A stretch of DNA of 64,000 nt, taken from Lama glama (taxonomy: Eukaryota). A model generated the notes under the pieces. It had not been told where the DNA came from and ran no database searches. It saw only the letters and a program-made list of their open reading frames with translations. Each line of letters begins with the position of its first letter. Position 1 is the first letter of the stretch. The stretch spans positions 15,254,001-15,318,000 of the forward strand of contig CM052818.1 of the NCBI GenBank assembly GCA_028534125.1, in the 5' to 3' direction. Below, one piece after another: positions 11,130-24,007 of the stretch. The translations under genes were made by a program, and so were the position numbers.

Positions 11130-11623
11130 CTTCCATTAGAAAAATGATCAATATTAAAGAATGTGTAGTACGATGTTAAAATCAAATGTGTTGGAAAGCC
11201 AGGGAGAAAAGGTTTTCCAATATAACTGAATTTAATTAGCTTGTAAACTGTCCTACTGGCACGCGAAACCTTGTTCACAGAGTGATACTAAAATAAACTA
11301 TTTTCATTTTCAGAGATACATTGACAGAGATCAGAATGCTCACAAGCTTTATTGAATTACAGAGGCCCCTCTACTCTTCTGTTCCCAGTGAATGTGAAGT
11401 TAGTTCAAATCAGAATGAGGGTTATGAAACTGTCTAATCCACTTTGTAAGACAGTCGGATTTTTCTGAAAAAAGCACATTTTGTTAGTAGCGATTCACTT
11501 ATATGGCTCTGCAAGTCTGGGCCATTCATCTTTTAACCATCTGTGGTTATTTCACAAGAGTTCAGTTGAGCCACTTCCTTAGACATCTTTTTTTAAAAAA
11601 AAATGGTATAATGAGTTGCTTAC

Positions 11624-11889
11624 AAGGAATCCAAATTTCTGTAAGAGATTTTGGCCACTAAAAGCCCTACCTTTAAATAACTGTGGATCAATGTGTCTTT
11701 AAAAAAGAGGTTAGAGAAGGCTTGGCAGCATTGAATTTATTTGCTCACTTATCTTTATTTAGAATAATGGGGGGAAAACCTAAACTGGGAATGGCATCAG
11801 CCTGGGTACTGTGGTTGAATTTTGTTAGCACAAACTTGCATAAATCGTTTGGCCAGAAGGGGTGTTTCGGTTATCATCAAATATAGTGT
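11624..11889 (-). pseudogene. Two candidate LRR pseudo-exons (11889-11749 and 11696-11624)
   Basis: A 141-nt segment carries IFDDNR... and VCANKIQ... (LxxN-type motifs, in different frames). A 73-nt segment has branch ctaac, ttttttaaag acceptor and tt|gtaagc donor. Sizes fit two and one 24-aa LRRs, but the intervening 52 nt is short for an intron. Confidence 0.4.
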
Positions 11890-12500
11890 CTGTGCTCCTC
11901 AGGACTCCAGCCCACCCCAGGACCTTACCGTCTTCCCTGTTCCCCTCAGCTCTGCAGTCTTCTGGGCCAGAGTCTCTCCCTCCTCCCAAAGCTCTGCCCT
12001 GCTTTTCACAGTGCCCACTGGCTGCATCTTCAACTCATAGGTTCCCTTTGTGAAAACAGGTCCAAATGACTTTAGGAGTTTCTCTCTAAGGTCATTTGTA
12101 TTTAAAGATTTTAAGACTCTCATAATTCTGCCCCTGCAACTGTCTTTTAATGTTGGGGAATGTTAAGTAGCTTCTTACATGTTGGGCCCTTCCATTTCCC
12201 TGATTTCCCATCCGTTAGTTTACGTGCTTGGAAGAAAGCACAGGGATGGCCTCACTGGCTGTTAAGATATGGAAATTGGTCCTTATTTGGTGGTAAATAG
12301 TCATCGTCTAGAGCTTCCTGAGTGATGCCCATCACCCAGCTGTCATCCTGACCTTCCCCCTGCCCACCTCCCCAGAGCTACACAGCTGGAGGCAGAGCAG
12401 GGTGGCCTCAGTCAGCGTCCCTTCTGACTAATTGCTGCCCTGTGCCACACTGAGTGGTCACTATTTGAGTCTTAACCCTGCATGTAGGAAACTAACTTAC

Positions 12501-12770
12501 GGCGGAATTGGCTTTGGGCTGAGCCAGTCAGTGGTCAGGGCAGTTAAGACACAAATATTTTGAAGACCAGACCATAGTGAAAGTTCCATGGCTTAGAAAT
12601 ATTCTAAGAGGCAGGGTGAGAGCAACATCAAACTTCCTGGCAGTCTTCTGGAGAGAGGAGTTCATCACGAGACATTTGTTTGAAAGGGACAAGCCTGCCC
12701 AAAGCACTCTTCTCAATTGTCAGGTCTCTTTTCATTCTCTTGTGCTGTGTGAAAGTAGGAAGGTTCTGTC
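12501..12770 (-). pseudogene. Candidate pseudo-exon with a furin-like site and LRRNT-like cysteines
   Basis: Branch gctaat, acceptor attcag|GA, donor cc|gtaagt. Reads QNLPTFTQHKRMKRDL...EDCQEV*CC and, after a frameshift, LCLNCPDH*LAQ. Confidence 0.4.
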
Positions 12771-15700
12771 CTGAATATAGACCATGACGAAGCATTAGCG
12801 GTTTATGTCTTAATGAAGTGATTCTGACTGATGGGTAGGTAGCTGGTGATTCAGAATGAGGCCTTGTCTTAGTCACAAAATAGTAGGTCAAATTCATGGC
12901 AGGTTGGGAGCTTTCAAAGAGGATTTCTGTACTTCAGAGATAGAGATGACCTATGATGATGTTATATATGTCCATCTAGGAGAGTTTGAATATAGTGTAA
13001 AACACTTAGATTTGTACCTTTAATGTATGACAGGCAAATTTTGACTTGGACACAATTTTGGGGAAAGATTTTTTTTATTAGCTTGCCAATTGTATGGGAA
13101 AAGCTTGAGGTTCACATCAATGATTTAAATAACATATCACATATAGCCCAGCTCCTGTTGTGGACATTTTTACATTCTCTCGTTGATACTGCCAATAGCA
13201 TTGTCAAGCAGGTATTATTAACTTAATTTGAGAGATGATGCTCAGAGCGGTTATGTGATTAGGCATCCAAAAGTCCTTTGCCCAGCAAATGTCTTGAAGC
13301 ATCTGCTTTGTGTGTGTCTGTCTATGTGCATCTGTGTTGCAAAGATGAGTAAGTCACATCTGCTCGTAGGAAACTTCTCCCTTAGCTCCTTATACACATT
13401 CGGTCTTCTGTTTTTTTCATCTTTAAGTGGATGTCTTAGCTCTACGAAAAGCAGAAATATCTGCTAGAGTGATCTGTGGCGATGTATATTGCATGGGATT
13501 AAGGAAGGGATAAGGAGCAGATTCAGGATGTGAAGGGAACTGAGATCCTGATCTGGCCCTCTCTAGGTCAAAGGATTCCTTGGCCTCTCTCTGTTGCTAC
13601 AGGTTGAAAGTTAAGAGCAGAAAGACTTAGATTTAAAAATATTGATTGAATGAGTGCTCATTATTAAGTTTCTTTACATGCAATTTCCTTTCCAATCTTT
13701 GAAACAACTCTATGAGAAAGATGTTAACCTTGTTTCCTGAAGAGATGCCTGAAGTTGTGTGATGATACGTAAATTACATGGATAGAATTGGAAGAGATAA
13801 GGGTCCAGTTTCAAACCTGTAGCCTACTGTAGCCTTTCTATGGAATATTTCACTTTAGTGGATATGAAAAGCTTAAGGGGCTAGTTTTGACTGGAAACCT
13901 GTTCTCCTCTCTAGTTTTTAGTTGAGTTTAGTACTGAGAGATGAGTATTGGATTTCTAAATATTAAGTTCATTTCTTTGAAGTCAGTAAGCAACTATGGA
14001 GTCAAGGTGTTTATCATATCATATTTTAAAGGTCTCATGTATGAATTCATTGTCAAGATTTCTGATGCTGGAGAGAAGTATGTTAAGATAAAGCAATTGA
14101 AAAATAATTGGAGTTATTATTCAGCATAGTGCCCTATGTCAGTGAGACAACGTATTGAGAACAAATACTTTATAAATTGTAATTTATTTATAAATGAAGA
14201 TTTAAAATTTATAAGTTTAAGAGTAATTTTTTAAATTCATTCTAGTCCAAGCTCCTACTAAACCTAATGTATTACATTGACAGCGTGTTGCATTGACTGC
14301 GTATAATAAGCAGCTGATTTTTGCAAACCACTGACTCTGGCAGGAACTATCAAGCAGGTCTAATTCAGAGGGCAGCCACTGCAAGGTGATTCATTAGCTC
14401 CTTAATCATACAAATGTGGCCAAAACCACACTCCCCTGATACACATAATGGATGTGGTGAACAAATTCTGCATGTCCCACTGTAGCTGACCTTTGGAAGA
14501 ACTCTACTATCCTTGTGGGGTGAAGTGCCTTGGTTCTTTTTTTTCTGTACTACTGACGACCTTTACCCCCAATGACAGCTCTGCTAAACGCTACTTTTGT
14601 TCTAGTTGCTTAGTGTTGAGTTGCAGGCATTAGAAGCAACCAAATGAGTCTTGCAAATTATTTAAATAAGGTGCGAAAACGTGATTGAGCATGTAGAATT
14701 TACATGGGCCTTGTCCGTACTTCTTCAGTTTTCATTGTGTCATCTCTCATATCGGTTAGAGAAACAGGAAATTCACACTGTCTCTCTTATAAAAGAATCA
14801 TAGACCCATGATGAGTAGGGCCCACAGGTAAGTCTTGTGTGTGAACATTGAGGTACATCCATGCCTGCACATGGCCACAAAGAACAGGTAAAGTGGGGCC
14901 CCATTCCCTATTCTAACTTGTCAAAGGGAAATGCTTCTTTGTTACTAAAACCACTTGAAATTCAGGAATTGATAGCAGATCTACAAAGTATTCTCAGCGG
15001 TTTTCCATACTAACAGCACCTGTCCATTTGCATCTCCTTTTCTGTTCCCTGTGAATTTTCTTTAACCATTGTCTCTTCCTTTGTTGGTTAGAGAATTATT
15101 GAGAAGAGTTGGGAAAAATTTGTCAGTTTCAGGATTAAGAGGAGTAACAGAACAGTGGTGTATCTGTCCCTCCTCTGTATGAGTCTGGGGGCCGCATGGG
15201 CACGTCTGCTGTATGAATGGAGGTTAAGCACAGAGCTGTGGCCAGGAAACAGTGTGGTGTGAGTATTGTAGCGGTGGCATTAGCCTTGTTAGCAGCAGAC
15301 ATAGAAGGCAGCATGAGAGGCCTGACCATAGAGGTTATGGGATTCTTCTTTCTGCAAAAGCACTGAGTTATCATCTGAACTCTGTTATAAAATAAAACAG
15401 GAGAGGCTGCTCCCACTTCTCTGAGGCTCTGCTCCCAGAGCTGAACAGCTCTGTACACTGAGCGTTGTTGTCTTTCTGAGACATTAAAGCACAGAATTTA
15501 TAAACTGAAGACAATGTCTATCCAAAAGAATTTATTCATTATTCCGTAAATAAAAGGCACAATTCAGAAGTGTTCACTTTTGCAAAAGGCAAGCAAACAG
15601 TCCTGTTTTTGTGCAAAAACCAAGGGAGTAAACAGAAGTATGTTTTGCTCAGGATTATCTTTGATGGTTTAATGAGTCTTTATGAAATTTCAGGTGTATT

Positions 15701-16599
15701 CCCAGTTCTCAGCTTTGCCTGCAACTGCATGTTTTAATTACTCTGAAGCACAGAGGGAGATTCTGTTAATCCTTAGCTATAACATGCTTGAGTGATTTGA
15801 ATGCTTCAGCCCTGTGGCCAGCAGCGTGTGGATTCTATAAGGAGGCCACGTTAACTATGCAAAGGGCCAAATGAGGACCTGTGAGAATGGTGTTCATGGT
15901 CTCAGCATTAAGGATGGATTGTGGTTAAGTCCAAACACCTCCACAAACTCTCAGCGAAACCCACAGCCTCCTGTAACTTAATTCACAGCTAAGTCTCTCA
16001 GGATGTAAGCATCACTACTAAGTTTTGGGGTATGCTTGCTATTAAATTTATTTTATTAAAATTTAAAAAAGACTGAAGTCAATTTACCATAGACTAGAGG
16101 TGGGTAGTCTATGGTATTCACTGGGGTATTTTATCTGTGAAAGGTCAAAATTTACATCATGAATCCAGTTAAAGACTTTATGTTGGGATTCCAGTCTCCT
16201 GAAATGTATTTTGGTGACCCTTTTTCTGTCCCCACCATAATTTTTGCTTGGATTTAAAAGGCTGTTCATATTAGTAGGGGATGAATGTGAGAATGATTAC
16301 GAGGGAGAAATCAACATGTTAAGCTCGTTTGCAAAAGCAGTTTGTAGGTACCCAACTCACGCTGTTTTCTAGCAGAATTAGTTAGGAACCCGTCCTCCAA
16401 TTCCAGTGATGCTGCTGGAGCTAACATATTCCTGGGTCTTCTTTGGAAATGGCTCTAAATGTCGGTTTATAAACCACACAAGGCTTCTTCATTTATTTAT
16501 GTATATTAACTCCTTTTTGAAAACTTATATTTATTTCAAATGATGCTTGGTTTTTTAAAAAAGACAAAGAAAAAAATATTGAGGAAAAAATGAAGAAAC

Positions 16600-16772
16600 C
16601 TAAATAAACCATGGACTTCAGGCAGTAATAATGTGTTGGTTCACTACTTGTTAACACAGGTATTACACTAATGTAAGATTTGATCCTAGGGGAAACTGGT
16701 TTGGGGGCATATGGAAATTCTCTGTGCTAACTTTATAATTCTGTAAAACTGCTCCAAAATAGAAAGATTTAT
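16600..16772 (+). mobile_element. L1MC/MD 3' end fragment
   Basis: aaaccatggacttc...acactaatgtaagat...aggggaaactgg...atatggaaattctctgtgcta. Confidence 0.75.
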
Positions 16773-16834
16773 ATATGCTGCCTTTTTTTTTGTGATATCT
16801 CTCATTGAGAAAAGAGGAAGAAATGAGGAATAAA

Positions 16835-17050
16835 GAAACTAACCTTTTCTGAGTATCTGTTATGTCCCAGAATCTTATGTATATATTCTCATTTAATACT
16901 CAGAGTAATCCAATGGCAATAGTTATTTTAATCTTACAGGAAAAAAAAAGGATGCTCAGAAAGGTTAAGTGGTTTGGCTGAGAACAAAGAGCTAATATGT
17001 GGTAAACATGAGAATCCAAGCCCATTTTCGTCAGGGTCTTAAATTCTCTC
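16835..17050 (-). mobile_element. MIR SINE
   Basis: ctcatttaatactcagagtaatcc...gctcagaaaggttaagtggttt. Confidence 0.7.
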
Positions 17051-17544
17051 CCCACGTCATCATATTTCTTCCTTAAACCTGTGTCACAGGCTTTGAAATT
17101 GATTCCCACAGAGCTATTTCTAAAAGAATATCAAGTACACATTTCCCAAAACTAAGTGCCTTGAACAGGGCAACACTGATCTAGATATAAAATTTCTGGT
17201 ACACACATCCTTCAAAATTAATCATATTATTTTCTAATTAAGTTACTGCTCTTCTGATAGAGTCCATGAAGGTGACAGATCTTTCACATTCGGGGGAATT
17301 GCGTTTTCATTTCAGGAACAATGGATCTCTTGGGCCAAGCCCTTTTCTGAACTTGTCATCAGGCCAAAACATCCATTTGGTGGAAAGGCCTCAAGTGTGA
17401 AAATGAGGTTGGCTCTAGGAGATGCAGGCCCAATTAAATGCTTCTGTGTTAATGGGAGATCCAGGACATTTGCCAATAAATAGTGTGGCTTATTCAGGTT
17501 ACCATGGAGCAAAAGAGAGACTTGTTCATGAGGCTGGAGAATGA

Positions 17545-17962
17545 CCCTCTGGCAAGGCAGTGGGTTTTCACACCTGTGGTGCACTGCCCACATCCTCCAT
17601 CTCCCTGGAACCAGGAGTGCTGACTGCTGGCAGCTGTTAGGTGGCTGCCTCTCCAGGAAATGCCCTCTGATGGAGGGAGCTGCTTACCCAAGTTTTGCAC
17701 CTCCCTTGGGTTGCCTGCATCTAGTGACTGATAGATGCTGGGGTTACAAAGGCCTGGCCCGCTTGCCTCATTATGGCACATCTTTGAAGGACCAGCTTTG
17801 GAGCTTCCTCTGGGATTGGCTGAAGTCTCTTGCAGCTGCCTCAGACTTCTGCTGCTTTTGCTCAGTCTTGGTTCTCTCACTCCCTTATAGGTGTTGATCC
17901 AAGAGGGATCCCCAGGGAACCCAGATCTCAGAACCACTTTCCTGGGGAGAATAATTTATGAC
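17545..17962 (+). mobile_element. LTR16A/B-type ERVL solo LTR
   Basis: gtgactgatagatgctggggttacaaaggcctggccc...ttgcctca...tgaagg...ggtgttgatccaagag...tctcaga. Confidence 0.85.
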
Positions 17963-19489
17963 ATTATCTCAATGTGTTACCTCCCTTTCTCCTTGATGGG
18001 AAGAATCCAGTACTTTAAAATTCATTCGTTACTTAAAAATGTGGGCATCACTCTTTCCAGGAAGCCTCCTCTGACTAGATTAGTGTTCTCCTAGTAGTCC
18101 CCTCACCTCGGTTAGGTACCTGTCCCAGTAGAGCATTTGTGTCACCAAACTATAACTGAACTGTATGCCAAATTAGTCAAACCCCTTTAGAAAACTTTTA
18201 TTTATATTGGTTTTGCTCCAAAGCTAATTCATCACATAGTTATAAGCATTGATGGGGTCATCCTGGAAACTTTATTTCTTGTTTTTCCATTCCCATTGAG
18301 TAAAAAAAAAAATGAGCAAAGAACTGAAAGGAATGAAATCCTGAAAACAGATCTTCCTATAGATAAAATTTTTCCTATATTCTATTTGATTCTGAAACAG
18401 AGACGTATATACCACAGAAGACTGAGAACTTAACGATCTTTGCTCCCAAGGAGTGACTACTTAAAACTGGAGGATGTCTTACTGTGCTGCCAAGAATTTA
18501 ACTGTTTTTGGAGATAGTGGAATTGTCGCACGTATCTCACAACAGACAGGCCGTCTTCTCGGGCTCCTCTAGCTCAGAGTACCGTTCCTCTTTTCTGGCT
18601 TTCTGTTGTCTCTTTTGTTTGTGACACCTGTGAAGGGCTAATCGTGGGTGGGCCTTGAGTACGTTTGCAGACAGGCTACTGGGGAGTCTCTGACCACAGG
18701 CACCTTGAACAAAGGACTGCCTCAAGCTAGATGCGAAAGACTCCAACCAGAAAACATCTTCTGTGGTTTCCCACATAGAAGCAAAGCCTTAGTGAAGACG
18801 TGGACTTCATGGGCTCAAGGGGCCTCAATTTATGAGCTTTCCAGCTGCTTCCTAGCATGGTCAGTGGGCTTGGAGTTAATCCCTTAGGTCCGCATTATTT
18901 CTCTTGAGGCTCTAATAGGTATTGTATCGTACCTCCTCCCTCTGAGACCGTTTTCTTGTGCGTCGCTTACTTAACGTCCCAGTTTTGCTGACTACTTACT
19001 GGTCTGTATTTTGTTGCGGTTTTCTCACTGTGATAACCCTGTAACCCAGGTGGGAGAGGGAGAACTGACTCTGCGCTTGCGGAATGCATCTGCACAGTCA
19101 CTCTTGAAACTTTGACCTAGTTTGAGAGTAGGTAGATCTAGTTGGAGTTGTGGGTCTGCTGCAGTCCTGGAGGAGTCTTAAGTCCCCACTCAACCCTTTA
19201 TACTAGCAATGCTCTCTTCATTACAGGAATTATTAAGAGCTCGTAAACACAAGCAAATAGTTTGTGTCTTAGCTAACACAAAACCAATTTTCTTACTGCT
19301 AATCAATCTCATGAAACTTTATGTTCAGTCCCATAATCACTTTTCTGTTGCACTGAATGCCAATAGCTCTTTTATTGATGTTGATCTCTTCACATGCCTC
19401 TTCTTAGTTGGAATAAATGCTCACTGAGGGAAAGATTCTTGCTTATATATTTTGTAATCTTTCAAGATGCTCAGAATACTACTTTGCAT

Positions 19490-20011
19490 ATAACTGGCTG
19501 GGCTAAATATTCTTTATCATACTTAGCATTCACTTCCTCTTTCTTTTTATCCCTCCAACCAATTCATGTAAAAGGCTGGGAGGCTAAAAATGACATTTCT
19601 CAGACTCCTTTTTAGCTTTTTGATGGATGTAATTTACATTCCTGCAATGAGATGTCAATGCATGAGATTATAAGGGAGGTGGAGGACGACTTTCTACAGA
19701 GGTGTCAGCTGACATGCAAACTCCTAAAGATGGAGACATTTTCAGCATCCAGATGCCATATTCCACTCTCTGGACATCACCTTGTGGGTGTGAGGCACAC
19801 TGGTGGTCCAGCAATAGTTGAATATCCTCTGGGTCACAGTTGAGGGAGCATGATTGAGGCAAAAAAAAAAAAAAATCCAGTCTAGCAGCTCCATGACTTT
19901 TCCACTTCTCCAGTCCTTTCAACAATTTTGAAAATACTGAATTCCCTATTAAAACTCCCTTCTAACTGAAACACTTAGAGTGTTTTCAGTTTCCATATTG
20001 AACCTGGCACA
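19490..20011 (+). mobile_element. LTR33-type ERVL solo LTR
   Basis: aggctgggaggctaaaaatgacatttctcagactcc...aattccctattaaaactcccttct...gaaacacttagagtg. Confidence 0.8.
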
Positions 20012-23000
20012 GTTGCTCAACATCATTTGTTGAAGTGGCAGAAATACTCCATGCCCATCCAGATTACACACAAAAACATTTTGCATTATAGCTCTATTTG
20101 CGTTTGTGTTTCTAATTTCTGATGAGCCATGGGGGCTTTAAAAATGCTGAGGGCTCATCTGTATTCCTTTAGTCACCTTAAGGGTAGCAGAATGAGCCTC
20201 TGGATTCTGCAAAACAAATACAGGCACGTTCAGTTGGTCAGTAACAAAGACAGCAAATAGGACGTTGAAGGTAGTGGAAGTTTTGAGTTTAAAAAACCCA
20301 ACTATTTATTGGTAAATGAACCTTTTCAGGATCTGAGATTATTTACTCAGCACCCCAGCTTAACAGTGAACAATTTATATCATTAGTCACTAAGTTTACT
20401 TAAGCCCAATTAGACCTCACGTAAGTGCTTTTGATTGTGTGGTACAAATCCACAATCTGAGGCTGAGTATTGCGGACTACTTAATGTTCTGGATGTAATT
20501 TTACATATAACAGGCTTTCCTGGAAGAGCTCAAAACACATTGAAATATGAGGATTAGTGAATCATCTGTGTCTCCCCAAATCGCACTTCTGATTGTGGAG
20601 GCAGGACCACATCCCAGCTGTCTTGATTCTAAGTCTGCTGTACTCTCCTCTGGGCTTTCTTTTGTCCTTGGTCTTTTGGATCTGTGATTAACTGAATTCT
20701 TTAGCTTGAGTTTTCTGCCATTCTTTCTCATGCACGTCTTCCCTTTAAGTCTGTAAATGAGAATGCCATCCACTGGCTTGTCATCCTTGCCTCTTGTGAG
20801 TTTAATGACAACTCCTAATATTAACATGGCGCTTTACAAATATCTTTCACAAATTTTAATTATTTGAGCCTTTGAAACCTTATGAAGTACATAAGGCAGG
20901 CAAGTAGTATTGTATTACCTTAATTTTATAGACAGGGAGAGAAATACCTGAGAAAGATGTAAATATTTTAAAATGAAGGATGGAATTAGTTTGGACTAAA
21001 AAAAAAAATTCTCTGTATTTTTAGTTGTTTCCTTTAAAAATATTTGCTAGAAACTAGAACCATTATGTCCAAAAATTTTAAATCAATAGTATTTAAATGC
21101 CTAAGCCTCAAGCTAGTCTTTGGTAATGAGTGACAGGATCTTTTATTAACTGACTTTTGCAAGTTAGCATGGTTTATAAGTCAGAGAGAAGGTGGGAAAG
21201 ACACTTTGCAGGAGAACTTGTGAGCTTTTGGCAATTTCAGCAATCTAGATTTTGATTCCATGGCAAAGTGGCTATTCCAGTTTCTGGTTTCTTGGGTTAT
21301 TCTGATCCACTAGCTGTGAGTGACTCAAGGGCAGAAAGATCATGCCTCACTTACTTGCAAACCAAATTCCTTGCGCAGTGCAGAGAGCATAGTCAGATGT
21401 CCACTAGGCCACGCTAGTGGTTCTTTGTCCTGAAGTTCTTCTGAATTAATTCATTAACTTTTGAGATACTGTGTTGAATGCATAACCTCAAATGCTAATG
21501 TGAATCTCCAGTCCTTCATTTGATATTCTTTCCTGGTATAAAGCAATCAATTTTCTTGTCCTGATGGCTCTTTATAAATGCTTGCTGTTTATTGTGTCTG
21601 CTCCCATTATTCTCTCCCCTTACACATTTAATTCACTCTTATATTTTATTTCCCTTTTGTTCAGTGCCGTGGGTAAATCACAAAGTGCAGACAGAATATG
21701 AGTGGAACATTTTCCCCTTCTCTTGTAGACACATGCTCTTGAACTAGAATGTTTTAAACATCCAACAGAGTAATAGATGGAAGGCTGAGTCATCCCCCAG
21801 GGCTTTGAGAAGACCTAGTGCTGTGGCAGGGGCTCAGTTTCCCCTCCACACCTGCCGCACTTGTGTTCACATTGGGCTGTGTTGGGGTACTGACTACATT
21901 GGCTCTTCCAAAGAACTAGAATGGTTGACAACTGGTTGACAATTCTCCTGTGAGACTTTGCAAGGGATAGGGGTATATGAAGCTGGCTCTATCATCTTCC
22001 TGTTGGTGTTCCATTTTCATGCACCTCCTTATTTTCGAAGAAAGAAAACATCTTTTTATTCCCCAAGGCGTTCACCCAGAATAGAATTCCTTTTTGGTCC
22101 CTAAGTTAGGAGTATTTGAAAAAAAAAAACCTCCTACTGCCACATCCTCGCAAAGTCTAAGAGGAACTGACTTGGTGGTAAGTATAGCATTTATTTGCTT
22201 CTCCCTTTTCTGAGGAAAGCCCAGAGGATCCTTTCCTCAGAAATACAAGCTTGAATTGTGCCCACTCCTTGTTACTAATGCTCACTAAGAGAGATGGCAG
22301 CACTCAAACCAACAGCTGTTAGCAGGGGCATTTGGGCCTTGAGTGGTTTTCAGACTTTGAGAGGGAAATATTTCAAAATGGAACTGAGTGGAAAAGCCAA
22401 ATTCAAATTGATAAGGGGCTGTATATGTGCCTCATTTAACTTCAGACAGACTTTTGACTACTTGTGTCATATGCAAATGTGAACAACAATGCTTGAAATT
22501 GGATTTCCATTTTACTTAATTAGATTAGTGCAAGACCTGCATAATAATCAACAACTAGTAGCCTTGCTACTACTGGGGTTCAGAATCTCAAAATGACTGC
22601 TGGTTTTGAATTTTGGTCTGTCCTCTGGGAGTGAGGTCAACTGGCTGATTTTTGGTATGGCTCAGTTTGGTTTTACTTGTATTTGTGTGGTCTAACTAAA
22701 AGACCTCAATTTTCTTTAACTTGAGTAGGTAGATGTGAAAATAGAATGTGTTTTAAAGATTCTGAAGAAGTAATTAAGGATTTTTTTTTAAATTAAAGAC
22801 TGCCTGCTCTAACAAAAATGAGTTCAAGTGCTATTTTTTTCCCCAAGTTTTAAAGGAATTGGGTAATGAAACCTCACTGCATGTTTTCTCTCCAACATGA
22901 ATAATAGGAATTTGAAATCCATTATAATTACAATTAGGGTGTTTTCTCTCCAGGTTTTAGATATCTACAGTGTGTGGCCTGCAAAGAGAACAGCTTTACA

Positions 23001-23399
23001 TAATTATAAAAGACAAGGAAGATTGGTTTCAGAAAAGCCAGTAGTGGAACAGACGATTACACATAAAATTCTGGGCAAGAAGACAATGACAATACCTAGA
23101 GAGAGAGAGAGCTCAAGAGAGCGATACTAAGAGCATTTAGAAATCAAGAAAACCCAAATAGCACTTAGCCAAGCAGAGAGCTGCTCTGCAGTGTTCTGTT
23201 TAGCAAAAGGAAGGCAGATGTTCCATCTCGTCCCTGTTGGGAAGATTTTCATTTGTAGCTGGGTGATATTTTTAAGTAAGACTTTCTTAAGTACCGCTTT
23301 GTAGAAGGTAATCGAATTTCATGACAGACAAGAGGAGTTTGGGGCCACTCTGGTAGCTCTCAGATGTGCAGTTCAAACTTTGACTTAAAAGGATCATGT

Positions 23400-23625
23400 A
23401 GGAATGGAAAAAGTTCCAGACTTAGAGTTAAGGACTTTATGCCTGCTTTTGTCATTAAGGCAGGCTGTCTACCTTTTCACGCTCCAGTTTCTTCATTTGC
23501 TGAGCAGATTATAATAACACGCTGCGACTGTGGGAAATTGGGTGGCACACCTCTTAACTTCCCTGGATCTCGGTAGTTTTATCTGTAAAGGGAGATCGTT
23601 TATGACGTTAGAGAATGTCTAGGTA
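23400..23625 (+). mobile_element. MIR fragments
   Basis: ctccagtttcttcatttgc...ataataacac and cttaacttccctggatctcggtagttttatctgtaaa. Confidence 0.5.
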
Positions 23626-24007
23626 AGGGGACTTCATTTTTCTTGTAAGCTAATTTTCAGCTAACTTCCTATTTCTCACATTCGTTGGCCCCACTATTTG
23701 CCTTTCATGTTTGATGGAGTGTTTGTGAAGATTAGAAAGACCAAGTACAGGTCAGTGCTTTAGAGGATATAAAGGGCTACCTAAAAGTCAAAGTGGGACT
23801 CAGGTTGTTAGTATAGCATCAGATTTTGAGACAAGTTCTAAGTTTTGGTCAAAATGTCTATAAAATTGTACACCCAATCTGGGGTAGGATTCTTGGGGGA
23901 AATTTCTTACCCTAACATTAATAAGCATGGGAGATAGAATTTGGACCCCAGGTTAGTCTGATCAGGGTCCATGCTTCTGCCGACTATGGATACTGGTAGA
24001 TGATTGT

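Larger units (their letters stand above)
3975..12770 (-). pseudogene. Decayed multi-exon pseudogene of a type-I membrane leucine-rich-repeat protein, LRRC37-like
   Basis: A colinear series of minus-strand segments bounded by polypyrimidine-AG and/or GT donors: 12770-12501 (RMKR site, C-x3-*-x-C, LNCPDH*L), 11889-11749 and 11696-11624 (LRR-like, 141 and 73 nt), 11129-11023 (Cys cap), 9833-9761, a large exon from 7324 split by MLT and L1 inserts, and 4159-~3975 (TM helix). Many stops and frameshifts. Family resemblance is from remembered LRRC37A motifs, not a database search. Confidence 0.5.

Noticed and set aside
17494..17937. Overlapping 147-aa and 118-aa ORFs
   Set aside because: They lie within an LTR16-type solo LTR and are chance ORFs in GC-richer repeat DNA.
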